From Alphaproteobacteria bacterium (GTDB lineage: Bacteria > Pseudomonadota > Alphaproteobacteria > UBA828), in contig OZ243972.1 in assembly GCA_965214705.1 (NCBI GenBank), positions 896,001-960,000 of the forward strand: 64,000 nucleotides of DNA, given 5' to 3'. The translations under genes and the position numbers were made by a program. This document shows, piece by piece, positions 8,561 through 18,082 of this stretch. The notes below the pieces were generated by a model. That model made no database searches. It saw only the letters and a program-made list of their open reading frames with translations, and was not told where the DNA came from. Each line of letters opens with the position of its first letter. The first letter of the stretch is position 1.

Positions 8561-9343
8561 TCAGCTGCCCGCGCCGGCTCCCAGCTTTACCTCGTCGTCG
8601 TAGACCCCCTCCGGCAGCGGCAGGCCGTCGAGCTCGGCGTCGCCGAGGGGGCCGTCCGGCGCGATGCCGCGCTGCTCCAGGAGCACCATGAGCTGGCGGG
8701 CATGCTGGGCCGCGTGCCACGCCGTCCGCTCCAGCACGCTCTCCGTCGGGTGGATGTCGTAGTAGGTGTCGAGGGTGCCGAGGCGCCCCGCGTCGGCCGT
8801 GCGCCACCAGGATGCGAGCGCGTTGCGCACGGTCTGGCCGTAAGCCGAGACCTGGGCCGCGCTCCGCATCTCGGGCCCGGGCGTGCGCTCGAAATAGTCG
8901 AACGTGAGCCGTACGCCCTGGGCCGCGTCGATGAACGCCGCCGGGATCACGAAGATGTGGTAGCCGAGGTCGAGGATGGTGCGCTCGCGACCGGGCAGCC
9001 CTTCCTCCAGGTCGGCGGCCGGGAACTGGCCGAGATAGCGCTGGGTCGCGGCGAGGATGAGGTCGATCCGCTCAACCAGCTCCGCCGGCGGCAGCGCGTG
9101 TCGGTCGAACTCGACGCCGATGAAGCGCGCGAGGTCGCCGAGGTCCTGGGCGAAGACGAAGCGGCGCCCTTGCACGACGACTGGCACCGACTGGGCGCCG
9201 AGGTTCGCAAGCTCCTCCATCGCTTCCGGCCTCGCGCGGACGTTGATCGATTCGTAGGTGATCCCGCGCGTAGCCAGGAACTCCTTGGCCCGAAGACAAC
9301 TGGAACATCCTGGCTGCCAATACACCTTGAAGTCGTCTGCCAT
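8561..9343 (-). CDS. Glutaredoxin-domain / DinB-YfiT-like fusion protein
   Basis: N-terminal YWQPGCSSC and SVPVV (Grx cis-Pro); C-terminal helical part with LGYHIF and ERTAWHAAQHARQL His pattern. Confidence 0.7.
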   Translation of the reverse strand: MADDFKVYWQPGCSSCLRAKEFLATRGITYESINVRARPEAMEELANLGAQSVPVVVQGRRFVFAQDLGDLARFIGVEFDRHALPPAELVERIDLILAATQRYLGQFPAADLEEGLPGRERTILDLGYHIFVIPAAFIDAAQGVRLTFDYFERTPGPEMRSAAQVSAYGQTVRNALASWWRTADAGRLGTLDTYYDIHPTESVLERTAWHAAQHARQLMVLLEQRGIAPDGPLGDAELDGLPLPEGVYDDEVKLGAGAGS

Positions 9344-9370
9344 GTCCGCTCTCCTCGGCGGGCGGCGCGC

Positions 9371-10144
9371 CTATTCCGCCGTGTAGCCGCCGTCGATCAC
9401 CAGCTCGGTGCCGGTGACGAACTTGGATTCGTCCGAAGCCAGATAGACCACGCCGTTGGCGATGTCGTTGGGCTCGCCGACATGGCCGATCGGGTGCAGC
9501 TTGCCGAACTCCTCCGGCCCCGCGGCCGCGTTGCCGAACATGCGGGTCGCGGTCTCGTCCATCATCGGCGTGTGGATGAAGGCGGGGTGGATCGAGTTGA
9601 CGCGGACGCCGCTGCCGTCGCGCGCGCATTCCAGCGCCACGCACTTGGTGAAGTAGCGGACCGCGCCCTTGGACGCGGTGTAGGCGGCGAGGTGCGCCGT
9701 GCCGACCATGCCGAGCACCGACGACATGTTGATGATGGAGCCGCCGCCGGAGTCTCGCATCGCGGGGATCGCGCTCCGGGTGCCGAGAAAGACCCCGTCG
9801 GCGTTGACCGCCATGATCTGGCGCCAGGTCTGCAGCGAGACATCGGCGATGGGCTCGGCGCGGGTGATGCCGGCGTTGTTGAAGAGAATGTCGAGTCGGC
9901 CGTGCTCCGCCACCACGCTCTCGACTGTCGCCTGCCAGGCGGCTTCGTCGATCACGTCGAGCGGCTGGAACCGGGCTGTGCCGCCCGCCGCGGCGATGGC
10001 CTCGACCACCTCCGCTCCGCGGCCCTCGTCTCGCCCCGTCACCAGCACCGCCGCGCCTTCCTCGGCCATGCGCACCGCCGAAGCGGCGCCGAGCCCGCTG
10101 GTCGCCCCGGTCACGATCGCTACCTTACCTGCCAACCTCGCCAT
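9371..10144 (-). CDS. Short-chain dehydrogenase/reductase (cyclopentanol / hydroxysteroid dehydrogenase-like)
   Basis: Start MARLAGKVAIVTGATSGLG at 10144; NNAG, YTASK, VNSIHP and IDGG motifs. Confidence 0.93.
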   Translation of the reverse strand: MARLAGKVAIVTGATSGLGAASAVRMAEEGAAVLVTGRDEGRGAEVVEAIAAAGGTARFQPLDVIDEAAWQATVESVVAEHGRLDILFNNAGITRAEPIADVSLQTWRQIMAVNADGVFLGTRSAIPAMRDSGGGSIINMSSVLGMVGTAHLAAYTASKGAVRYFTKCVALECARDGSGVRVNSIHPAFIHTPMMDETATRMFGNAAAGPEEFGKLHPIGHVGEPNDIANGVVYLASDESKFVTGTELVIDGGYTAE

Positions 10145-10273
10145 TACCCGCCTCATACCCCGCAAGGGCATTGCATGTGCTGCGCCCCGCATATCGACGC
10201 GTATCGAATTGAGAGTAACATTGCAGACTATACCCGCGCAGGCGCTGCCTGCGTTCCAAAAGGTCGCGCACCC

Positions 10274-11971
10274 ATGGCGGACGGGAACGGCGCTCTCGGC
10301 GACAACGTCTACCGGGCGGACCGGAATCTTCAGGCCCTCCTGCAGCGCAGCGCGCCCTGGCTCACCGACGACGACACCGAGCGGCTGAGCGGCTTCGGCG
10401 GCTGGGTAGCAACGGCCGTCGACGAACAGGCCGACTACACCAACCGCTTCGCGCGGCCGGTCCTCGAGACCCTGGATGAAGACGGCCTCCCCCGTTCCGT
10501 GGTCCGCCACAATCCGCTCTACGCCGCAGCGCACCGCGAGGTCTACGAGCGAGGCATCGTCGGGCTCAACTACGGCCCGGAGAGGCGCCCCTACACGCTG
10601 ACCTTCGCGATGGGGTACCTGCTCGCGCAGTCCGACATCTCGATCCACTGCCCGGTGACTCTGACCGGCGCAGTCGCCCACGTGCTGGATCGTTTCGCGC
10701 CGGAGACGGTGCGCGACGCCTACTTGCCCCGGCTTGTGCGTACGGACGGCAAGGCGCTGACTGGCGGCACCTGGGTCACCGAGAAGCAGGGCGGCAGCGA
10801 TGTCGGCGCCACCGAGACCGCGGCGCGGCGCACCAACGACGGCATCCGGCTCAGCGGGCTCAAGTGGTTCGCCAGCAATGTCGATGGTGGGCTCGCGCTT
10901 GCCCTCGCCCGGCCAGAGGGCGCCGCGGGCGGCGGCAGTGGGCTCGGCCTCTATCTGGTGCCGGCGCGAGCGCCCGACGGCGCGCTCAATCGCTACCGGA
11001 TCAGGCGGCTCAAGGACAAGCTCGGCACCCGCGGCCTCGCCACCGGGGAGATCGAGCTGGAAGACGCCCATGCGGTGGAGGTGGCGCCGCCGCCGGACGG
11101 GCTCAAGACCATGATGGCCGCGCTCGGTTACAGCCGCATCCACAACGCCATGGCCTCTGCCGGCATCCAGCGGCGCGCGTTCGCCGAGGCGCTCGCCCAC
11201 GCCGAGACGCGCAGAGCGTTCGGCCACCGCCTCACCGCCTACCCGATGGTGCAGGACCAGCTGGTCGAAATGCAGGTGCGTGTGGAGGCGAGCGTGGCAC
11301 TGGCCTTCGCTGCGGCGCGCGCGTTCGACGAAGCGCAGAAGACACCGGCCGAGCAGCCCTGGATGCGTCTCGTCACCGCGCTCGCCAAGTATCTCACGGC
11401 GGAATGGGCAATCACCGCGACCAGCCGCGCGATCGAGATTCTGGGCGGCAACGGCTACACCGAGGAATACCCCACGGCCAGACTCTACCGCGATGCCCAG
11501 GTGCTCACCGTGTGGGAAGGGCCGCCCAACATCCAGGCGTTGGAGGTGCTGCGCCTCGCGAGTGCGGAGTCACCGGGGCTCGCCGCCTTCCACGCCAGAC
11601 TCGACACCATTCTCAACATGCCCCTCGCTGCCAACCATTCGGCCTTCGTGCGGGCCCGCGCGCTGATCTTCCAGGCCCGGCGCGAGGTGGCTGCGCTGAC
11701 GGCCCTGATCCGCGACGATGAGTCCGAAGGGCAGCGCCAGGCCCACAGGCTGATGGACCGCATGGCCAAGGGCTTGGCCGCGGCCCTATTGGTCGAGGAG
11801 GCAGCCGCCGATTGGGGTGCCGGCGATGCGCGCAAGGCAGTGGTCGCGCGCCTCTTCGCCGCGCAGGAGCTGGCGGCGCCGGAGCCGCCCAGGCCGGGCG
11901 AGAGCGAGGGCCAGCGATTCTTCGAGCCGCTCGCCCAATACGAGAAGATCGAGACGCCGCACCCGGATTGA
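10274..11971 (+). CDS. AidB-like long acyl-CoA dehydrogenase
   Basis: Start MADGNG at 10274; CPVTLT, WVTEKQGGSDV, GLKWFAS, RLKDKLGTR, GGNGYTEE and RDAQVLTVWEG. Confidence 0.9.
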   Translation: MADGNGALGDNVYRADRNLQALLQRSAPWLTDDDTERLSGFGGWVATAVDEQADYTNRFARPVLETLDEDGLPRSVVRHNPLYAAAHREVYERGIVGLNYGPERRPYTLTFAMGYLLAQSDISIHCPVTLTGAVAHVLDRFAPETVRDAYLPRLVRTDGKALTGGTWVTEKQGGSDVGATETAARRTNDGIRLSGLKWFASNVDGGLALALARPEGAAGGGSGLGLYLVPARAPDGALNRYRIRRLKDKLGTRGLATGEIELEDAHAVEVAPPPDGLKTMMAALGYSRIHNAMASAGIQRRAFAEALAHAETRRAFGHRLTAYPMVQDQLVEMQVRVEASVALAFAAARAFDEAQKTPAEQPWMRLVTALAKYLTAEWAITATSRAIEILGGNGYTEEYPTARLYRDAQVLTVWEGPPNIQALEVLRLASAESPGLAAFHARLDTILNMPLAANHSAFVRARALIFQARREVAALTALIRDDESEGQRQAHRLMDRMAKGLAAALLVEEAAADWGAGDARKAVVARLFAAQELAAPEPPRPGESEGQRFFEPLAQYEKIETPHPD

Positions 11972-12076
11972 CCACATCGTCAGCCCGGCGGTGGAAAACG
12001 CCTATCCGGCCGCCGCCGCCGCGTGCTATGTGCTGGGCTTGCTAACGGAGCGGGCGCGCGTTTGCGGAGCGAAGGG

Positions 12077-12850
12077 ATGGAGATCAACGGCAAGTCAATC
12101 GCGGTTGAGCAGCATGGCGACGGCGACGCGGTGGTCATGGTCCACGGCCTCGGCGGCACCAGCAACACCTGGTATCCGCAGGTGGGACCGCTCGCCCGAT
12201 TCTTCCGGGTGATTCGGCCCGATCTCGAGGGCTCCGGCCGCTCGCCTGTCACGGGTGCCCTCTCCATCGCCTCCTTCGCCGCCGACGTGGTCGCGGTGAT
12301 GGATGAGCTGGATATCTCGACCGCTCATCTCTGCGGCCACTCCATGGGCACGATCGTCTGCCAGCACATCGCCGCCGCGCAGCCTGAGCGGGTGAAGAGC
12401 CTCGCGCTCCTCGGTCCGTTGGCAGAACCGCCCGAGCCGGCGCGCCAAGCGATCCGCGACCGCGCGGCTGTCGCACGCGAGAAGGGCATGACGCCGATTG
12501 CGGACACCCTGGTGGAAGTCGCGATCTCGGCCGACACGAGAGCGCACTATCCGGCGTCGGCCGCCTTCGTCCGCGAGATTCTCATGGGCCAGGATGCGGA
12601 GGGCTACGCGCGCACCTGCGAGGCGCTTGCCGCAGCGACGAGCGCAGACCTCGCCAGCATCCGCTGCCCCACGCTGCTGATCACCGGCGACGAGGATGGC
12701 GTCTCGCCGCCGCCGGCAGTGAAGGCCCTGAGCAGCAAGATCAAGGGTTCCCGCGTTGCCGTGCTGCCCGGCTGCGGTCACTGGACCCCGATCGAGAAGC
12801 CGGCTCAAGTCAATGGGTTGATTCTAAACCTCTATTACAGCTTCAGTTAG
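12077..12850 (+). CDS. Alpha/beta hydrolase (PcaD enol-lactonase-like)
   Basis: VHGLGG oxyanion motif, GHSMG nucleophile, GDED acid and GHW His. Confidence 0.9.
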   Translation: MEINGKSIAVEQHGDGDAVVMVHGLGGTSNTWYPQVGPLARFFRVIRPDLEGSGRSPVTGALSIASFAADVVAVMDELDISTAHLCGHSMGTIVCQHIAAAQPERVKSLALLGPLAEPPEPARQAIRDRAAVAREKGMTPIADTLVEVAISADTRAHYPASAAFVREILMGQDAEGYARTCEALAAATSADLASIRCPTLLITGDEDGVSPPPAVKALSSKIKGSRVAVLPGCGHWTPIEKPAQVNGLILNLYYSFS

Positions 12851-12858
12851 GTAGGGCC

Positions 12859-13356
12859 ATGGCGACGAGAAAGCAGGGCAATCGGGAGAGCGCACAGACG
12901 CGTTCCCGCAAGAGTTCGGGCAAAGCTCGGCCGCCCGCCGCCAGGCGATCCTCTCGCGCCGGGCGGACCGCGGCGTCGTCCGGCGCCGCGCCGGCGACCT
13001 TTTATGTCTGCCGCTCCTGCGTGTGGTCCGAAACCGCGCGGGAGCGCGACGGCAAGCGCCAGGGCACGTTCCTGCTGGAGGCGGTGCGCCAACTGATCGA
13101 GGACGAGCCGCTGCCGGAGGCGCTAAACCTGCGCGCGGTCTATTGCCTGAACGGCTGCAAGAGCCCGTGCAATGTGGGCTTCCGCTCTGCTGGCAAGCAC
13201 CACGTGCGCTTCAGTCATTTGACGCCAGAGAACGCGGCGGACGTCATCGCCTACGCGCGTGCCTACCAGACGAACGCGACCGGCGAAGTCTCCGAGGACG
13301 AGACGCCGACGGCAATGCGCGGCAAGATGACGGTGCACACCCCGCCGATCGGCTAA
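12859..13356 (+). CDS. DUF1636 family Cys-rich metal-binding protein
   Basis: FYVCRSC...CLNGCKSPC pattern with a basic N-terminal extension. Confidence 0.75.
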   Translation: MATRKQGNRESAQTRSRKSSGKARPPAARRSSRAGRTAASSGAAPATFYVCRSCVWSETARERDGKRQGTFLLEAVRQLIEDEPLPEALNLRAVYCLNGCKSPCNVGFRSAGKHHVRFSHLTPENAADVIAYARAYQTNATGEVSEDETPTAMRGKMTVHTPPIG

Positions 13357-13365
13357 CGGTGCCTT

Positions 13366-13947
13366 TTAGTTGGGCCGGGTAGCCGCTTCGCCGGCATCGA
13401 TCTCCTGCTCCTCCAGTGGGGCACCGGCATAGCGCCGGTTGGCCTCTCCCAAGGCACTGCGCAGCGCCGCTACGAGGCTCGCCCGCTCCTCCGGCGCCAG
13501 GAACGGGCCGATCACGAGCGAACGGCCGTGCGAGGTGAGCGTGATCTGGCTGTGGTGCTCCACCGGCTCATCGAGGGCGACACGGAGCCAGTAGGGGTTG
13601 AAGCGCCATTCCGTCGTGCGGCCGTTGGGCGCAATCCGCCTGACCACGACCTCGTCTGCGGTGACACGGATGGTCTCCCGCAGGCGGCCCGAGCGATAGC
13701 TCAGCCGGAATGCGAGATAAAGTAGCGCGATGTCGAGGCCGAAGAAGCCGAGCACCGGCCACGCTCCCTGAAGCAGGAAGAAGACGCCGAGCCCGACACT
13801 GATGACGATGACGCCGGCCATGACCGCGATGAAACCAGCGCGCCCCAGCGAACGATTGGGTGCGAGCTCCGCATCGAATATGACCGTTGCGCCGGTTGCC
13901 TCTCCGCCGGCTGATTCGACGAATGGGGGCGACGGGGATTGGCTCAT
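13366..13947 (-). CDS. DUF2244 family membrane protein
   Basis: LAPNRSL, GAWPVLGFFGLD, FNPYWLRV and IGPFLAPEER. Confidence 0.88.
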   Translation of the reverse strand: MSQSPSPPFVESAGGEATGATVIFDAELAPNRSLGRAGFIAVMAGVIVISVGLGVFFLLQGAWPVLGFFGLDIALLYLAFRLSYRSGRLRETIRVTADEVVVRRIAPNGRTTEWRFNPYWLRVALDEPVEHHSQITLTSHGRSLVIGPFLAPEERASLVAALRSALGEANRRYAGAPLEEQEIDAGEAATRPN

Positions 13948-14118
13948 GAGGCCAGCGTAACGGCTCCAGCGCGCGCCGGTAAAGCACGACCGCCAGTTTT
14001 CTCGACGCGAGGGCGATTATCAGGCCGCAAAGCCCCCTTTTTTGGGGTGAGGCCGCTTGACACAATTGGCCGAATCGCCGTCAACTCGGCAGCGACCTAT
14101 TGGAGCCAGGAGGAGGCT

Positions 14119-14448
14119 ATGCTCAAGAGATCGTGGGCGCTACGGATTGCCGTTGTCGCTCTTCCGTTGGCCGTCGCTGCAGGGTGTCAGTCCGCCGCCG
14201 AGCAGGAACAAGCGGCCGCTGCCATAGCCGGCGCCGAGGCGATGGCCACGGAAGCCATGCAAACCGCCAATCAGGCCCTGGTCGCGGTTGACGAGCTACG
14301 CGCCGCCGTGGACGCGGCCAACGAGAGCGCGGCGGCAGCGGCGGCAGCGGCAGAGGCTGCGGCCGGCTCGGCCGAGGCAGCGGCCGAGGCAGCGCAGGCG
14401 GCTGCGGACAAGGCCGACCGCATTTTCCAGAAGGGGATGCGCAAGTAG
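14119..14448 (+). CDS. Lpp/OprI-type alanine-zipper outer-membrane lipoprotein
   Basis: Strong AGGAGGAGG SD, signal peptide with lipobox AAGC, Ala-rich coiled coil, and C-terminus ADRIFQKGMRK ending in Lys like OprI (..ASRK) and Lpp (..YRK). TTGACA at about 14057. Confidence 0.85.
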   Translation: MLKRSWALRIAVVALPLAVAAGCQSAAEQEQAAAAIAGAEAMATEAMQTANQALVAVDELRAAVDAANESAAAAAAAAEAAAGSAEAAAEAAQAAADKADRIFQKGMRK

Positions 14449-14454
14449 AGCCGG

Positions 14455-14478
14455 CAGGCGGCTCTCTCACGCCGCCTG
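14455..14478. terminator. GC hairpin between the convergent lipoprotein and L,D-transpeptidase genes
   Basis: CAGGCGGC-8 nt-GCCGCCTG stem; no clear U-tract. Confidence 0.45.
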
Positions 14479-14485
14479 GCCCTGG

Positions 14486-15475
14486 CTAACTGGGAGTCGC
14501 TGAGCGGTCCACGGTGACTTGGACAGGGACGCCGGACCGTTCTTCGAAAGCCTTGCGAATGAGGTGCCAGTCCAGACGGTCCTGGGCGGCACCGGCTAGA
14601 GTCTTGATCCGGAAGAGAGCGTCGGCGCGAGAGCGCGCGTCGACGCTCTCTATTTGCCCGGTCCATTCCAGCTCGTCCGCCTGTTCGGCCTCGGGGTGTG
14701 CCTCCACATAGAGCTCACCGCCGTACCAGCCGATCTTGATCGCCTGACTGATGACCTGAACCGGCGTGCCGACCGGCACCAGCTCGAACAGCCGGGCAAT
14801 ATCCTCGGGATAGAGGCGGATGCATCCGTGGCTGACCCGCCGCCCGACTCCCCAAGGCATGTTCGTGCCGTGAATCAGATAGCTTGGCCAATCGAAATAG
14901 AGCGCGTGGCTGCCGAGCGGATTGTGCGGGCCCGGTGGAACCGCCTTGGGCAGATGCGGCTTCTCGGCACGGATCGATTCCGGCGGGAACCAGATCGGCC
15001 TTTCCTTCTTGCGCACGATTTCGGTGCTGCCGAGGGGCGTGGCCCACCCCTCCTTGCCCACGCCGAGCGGGAAGGTCTGAGGTACGGTGCCGTCTGGCCC
15101 GAAGTAATAGAGGCGATGCTCCGCCAGGTTGACGACGAGGCCCCGCCGCTCGGCATCGGGCAGGACGTGCGCGGTCGGCAGAACGATCGGCGTGTTCTCG
15201 CCGGGAACCCAGGGGTCGATGCCCTGGTTGGCCGCTATCATCTCGACATAACCGAGGCCGTTGGCGCGCGCGAGGTCGAGCAATGTGTCTTCGTAGGCGG
15301 CGACGACATGGCGCAGCGTGCCGATCATGTCGCTTGACAGGCGCTCGTCCTCGGTCTCGAGCGCCGCAGCACCGCCGACTGCAGGCTCCGGCTCTTCGGC
15401 CCCGCTGGCCGCTGCCCACGTCAGTGCCGCCACCATGACAGTTACGATGGAGAGAGTGGTCTGTCGCCGCTTCAT
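14486..15475 (-). CDS. L,D-transpeptidase, ErfK/YbiS/YcfS type
   Basis: Signal peptide; LysM-like DTLLDLAR..GLGYVEMIAANQGIDPWVP; YkuD core VVNLAEHRLYY, NPLG, IHGT...SHGCIRL; C-terminal GELYVEAHP. Confidence 0.93.
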   Translation of the reverse strand: MKRRQTTLSIVTVMVAALTWAAASGAEEPEPAVGGAAALETEDERLSSDMIGTLRHVVAAYEDTLLDLARANGLGYVEMIAANQGIDPWVPGENTPIVLPTAHVLPDAERRGLVVNLAEHRLYYFGPDGTVPQTFPLGVGKEGWATPLGSTEIVRKKERPIWFPPESIRAEKPHLPKAVPPGPHNPLGSHALYFDWPSYLIHGTNMPWGVGRRVSHGCIRLYPEDIARLFELVPVGTPVQVISQAIKIGWYGGELYVEAHPEAEQADELEWTGQIESVDARSRADALFRIKTLAGAAQDRLDWHLIRKAFEERSGVPVQVTVDRSATPS

Positions 15476-15487
15476 CGATTTCCGAGC

Positions 15488-16357
15488 CTAAGCGGGGCCA
15501 CCGCTTTCCACTGGCGCGTCCGCACGACTCCCCCAATCGCTCCAGGAACCGTCGTAGACGGCGACCTCTTCGGCACCGATTGCGACGAGCGCCAATGCGA
15601 GCGTGCACGCGGTGATGCCCGACCCGCAGGTGGCGATGACAGGCCGGGAGGGGTCGACGCCGGCGTCGGCGAACGCGCGGCGTATGGCGGTAGTGTAGTT
15701 CAGCGCCCCGTCGTCATCATCAAGAACAGCGTTGAAGGGGACGTTGCGGCTGCCGGGAATGTGGCCGCGCGGAAGGTCGGGCCTCGGCCCCGGATCCTCG
15801 CCCGTGAAGCGGGCGGCGGCGCGTGCGTCAACGATCTGCGCGCTGCCTGTGCCAAGCGTGGCGCGGACCTGTTCGAACGAGCGGACCAGCGTGTCGTCGC
15901 GGCCCCGCGCCGTGAACGATCCCGGCGCGATCATAGGCTCGCCGCTCTCCACCGGGTGGCCTTCCGCCTGCCAGCGCGGCAGGCCGCCGGCAAGGATCGA
16001 GACGCGATCGTGTCCGAAGACGCGGAACATCCACCACACGCGCGCCGCGCTGTAGAGGCCCACGGTGTCATAGACGACGACGTGCGAGTCATCGCTGACG
16101 CCCAGCGCCGAGACGCTCTCCGCGAAAAGCTCCGGCGACGGCAACATGTGTGGCAGCGACGAGTCGGGATTGCAGATGCCGTCGATGTCGAAGAAGGCAG
16201 CGCCCGGAATGTGCGCCTCCAGGAACTCGGCGGCCGGATCGCGCGCCATCGTCGGCAGATGCCACGAGCCGTCCAGCACCCGCACCCGGCTACCCGCGCC
16301 ACCCTCTGCGGCGAGCCAGCTCGATGTCACGACCAGCGGCGTTTCGTCTCCGCTCAT
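15488..16357 (-). CDS. sseA: 3-mercaptopyruvate sulfurtransferase (two-domain rhodanese)
   Basis: HIPGAAFFDID, HMLPS, ARVWW, GHIPGS, active loop CGSGITAC and YDGSWSDW. Confidence 0.93.
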   Translation of the reverse strand: MSGDETPLVVTSSWLAAEGGAGSRVRVLDGSWHLPTMARDPAAEFLEAHIPGAAFFDIDGICNPDSSLPHMLPSPELFAESVSALGVSDDSHVVVYDTVGLYSAARVWWMFRVFGHDRVSILAGGLPRWQAEGHPVESGEPMIAPGSFTARGRDDTLVRSFEQVRATLGTGSAQIVDARAAARFTGEDPGPRPDLPRGHIPGSRNVPFNAVLDDDDGALNYTTAIRRAFADAGVDPSRPVIATCGSGITACTLALALVAIGAEEVAVYDGSWSDWGSRADAPVESGGPA

Positions 16358-17073
16358 GACGGGTCCCTAAAGGCGAGCGTGACGCGCCGGTTGTGCCGGC
16401 CCTTGTTCTCGATCTTGCGGACGATGACCGGCCCGATCTCGCCCGTGCGCGCGACATGGGTACCACCGCAAGGCTGTAGGTCGATCCCCTCGACATTGAT
16501 CACCCTGACCTGGCCCTGGCCAGTGGGTGGCTTTACTCGCATGGTCTTGACCAGCTCTGGCTGCACTTCGAGTGCTTCGTCGCTCATCCAACGTGCCGCG
16601 ACCGGAAGGTCGCGTGCGATGAGCGCGTTGAGCTCGTCCTGGACCACCGACTTCTCCAGCTTGGTATCGACATCGAAGTCGAGGCGCCCTTTCTCCGCCG
16701 AGAGTTGCCCGCCAGTCACCGGCGCGTCGATCACGGCGCTCAGCAAATGCAGGCAGGTATGCATGCGCATGTGGCGATAGCGGCGTTCCCAGTCAAGCTC
16801 GGCAACCACGCGGCTTCCCGGCGCCGGCGGCGGGGTGTCGGGATCGATCAGATGGAGGATGTCGTCGGCGCCCTCGCCCTTGCGCGTGTCGCGCACCGCG
16901 AACACGGTGCCGTCGTCCGCGCGCAGGACGCCGGTATCGCCGGGCTGACCGCCGCCTTCGGGGTAGAAGACCGTGCGGTCGAGCCTCACCGCATCGCCGT
17001 CAACCGCGCTGACTCGTGCCTCGCAGGTGCGGGTGTAGGGCTCGGCGCGAAACAGCAGTTCAGTCGGCGGCAT
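16354..17073 (-). CDS. alaX: Free-standing alanyl-tRNA editing protein (AlaX)
   Basis: TVFYPEGGGQPGD, HMRMHTCLH (HxxxH) and QPCGGTHV (CxxxH) Zn ligands. Confidence 0.93.
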   Translation of the reverse strand: MPPTELLFRAEPYTRTCEARVSAVDGDAVRLDRTVFYPEGGGQPGDTGVLRADDGTVFAVRDTRKGEGADDILHLIDPDTPPPAPGSRVVAELDWERRYRHMRMHTCLHLLSAVIDAPVTGGQLSAEKGRLDFDVDTKLEKSVVQDELNALIARDLPVAARWMSDEALEVQPELVKTMRVKPPTGQGQVRVINVEGIDLQPCGGTHVARTGEIGPVIVRKIENKGRHNRRVTLAFRDPS

Positions 17074-18082
17074 CGGGTGCGTCGTCGAGCCAGGGCGGCA
17101 CCGGCAAGTCGCGCTCGCGCAGGAACGCAGCGTTGAAGAGCTTGCTGAAATAGCGGGTGCCGTAGTCGCAGAGCACGGTGACGATGGTGTGGCCGGGGCC
17201 CATCTCCCTTGCCAGTCGGATCGCGCCAGCCACGTTGATCCCGGTCGAGCCGCCCATGATGTGGCCTTCGTTCTGCGCCAGATCGAAGATCACCGGCAAT
17301 GCCTCTGCATCCGGGATCTGGAATGGGACGTCGATCGGCGCGCCTTCGAGGTTGTCGGTGATCCGACCCTGGCCGATCCCTTCGGTGATGGAGCTGCCCT
17401 CCGCCTTGAGCTCGCCGTGGGCGTAGTGGTTGTAGAGCGCGGCGCCCATGGGGTCCGCGAGGCCGATCGTCACCGAGGGCTTGCGCTCCTTGAGCGCGAT
17501 GCCGACGCCTGCGAGCGTGCCACCGGTACCGACCGCGCAGATGAAGCCATCGATCTTGCCCCCGGTCTGCTCCCAAATCTCGGGCCCGGTAGTTTCGACA
17601 TGGGCCTGGCGGTTGGCCACGTTGTCGAACTGGTTGGCCCAGACCGCGCCGTTCGGCTCCGTCGCGGCGAGCTCATCGGCAAGGCGCCCGGAATACTTCA
17701 CGTAGTTGTTGGGATCGCGGTAGGGGACCGCCGGCACCTGGATCAGCTCCGCGCCGCAGAGCCGCAGCATGTCTTTCTTCTCCTGGCTCTGGGTCTCCGG
17801 AATCACGATTACCGAGCGGTAGCCGAGCGCGTTCCCCACGAGCGCAAGCCCGATGCCGGTGTTGCCGGCGGTGCCTTCGACGATGGTCCCGCCGGGCTTG
17901 AGCACGCCCCGCCGCTCGGCGTCGCGCACGATGAAGAGCGCGGCGCGGTCCTTGACCGAGCCGCCGGGGTTCAGGAACTCGCACTTGCCGAGGATCTCGC
18001 AGCCGGTGGCCTCGGAGGGGCCGTGCAGGCGGATCAGCGGCGTGTTTCCGATCAGTTCAACGAAACCCGGTACGGCTGTCAT
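17060..18082 (-). CDS. cysK: Cysteine synthase (PLP, O-acetylserine sulfhydrylase family)
   Basis: IGNTPL, NPGGSVKDR (PLP Lys), EGTAGNTG, NQFDN and GTGGT. Confidence 0.93.
   Translation of the reverse strand: MTAVPGFVELIGNTPLIRLHGPSEATGCEILGKCEFLNPGGSVKDRAALFIVRDAERRGVLKPGGTIVEGTAGNTGIGLALVGNALGYRSVIVIPETQSQEKKDMLRLCGAELIQVPAVPYRDPNNYVKYSGRLADELAATEPNGAVWANQFDNVANRQAHVETTGPEIWEQTGGKIDGFICAVGTGGTLAGVGIALKERKPSVTIGLADPMGAALYNHYAHGELKAEGSSITEGIGQGRITDNLEGAPIDVPFQIPDAEALPVIFDLAQNEGHIMGGSTGINVAGAIRLAREMGPGHTIVTVLCDYGTRYFSKLFNAAFLRERDLPVPPWLDDAPDAAD

Noticed and set aside
9293-9322. Selenoprotein call for the Grx-DinB fusion
   Set aside because: Both CxxC positions are TGT (Cys); there is no in-frame TGA.
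8357-11971. 1204-aa ORF suggesting a giant acyl-CoA dehydrogenase fusion
   Set aside because: The first 640 or so residues are antisense to the Grx-DinB and SDR genes; the real gene starts at ATG 10274.
14300-14410. GCGGCA-type repeats resembling a VNTR or CRISPR array
   Set aside because: These are poly-Ala codons of the alanine-zipper lipoprotein, with no repeat-spacer structure. No CRISPR array was seen in the window.
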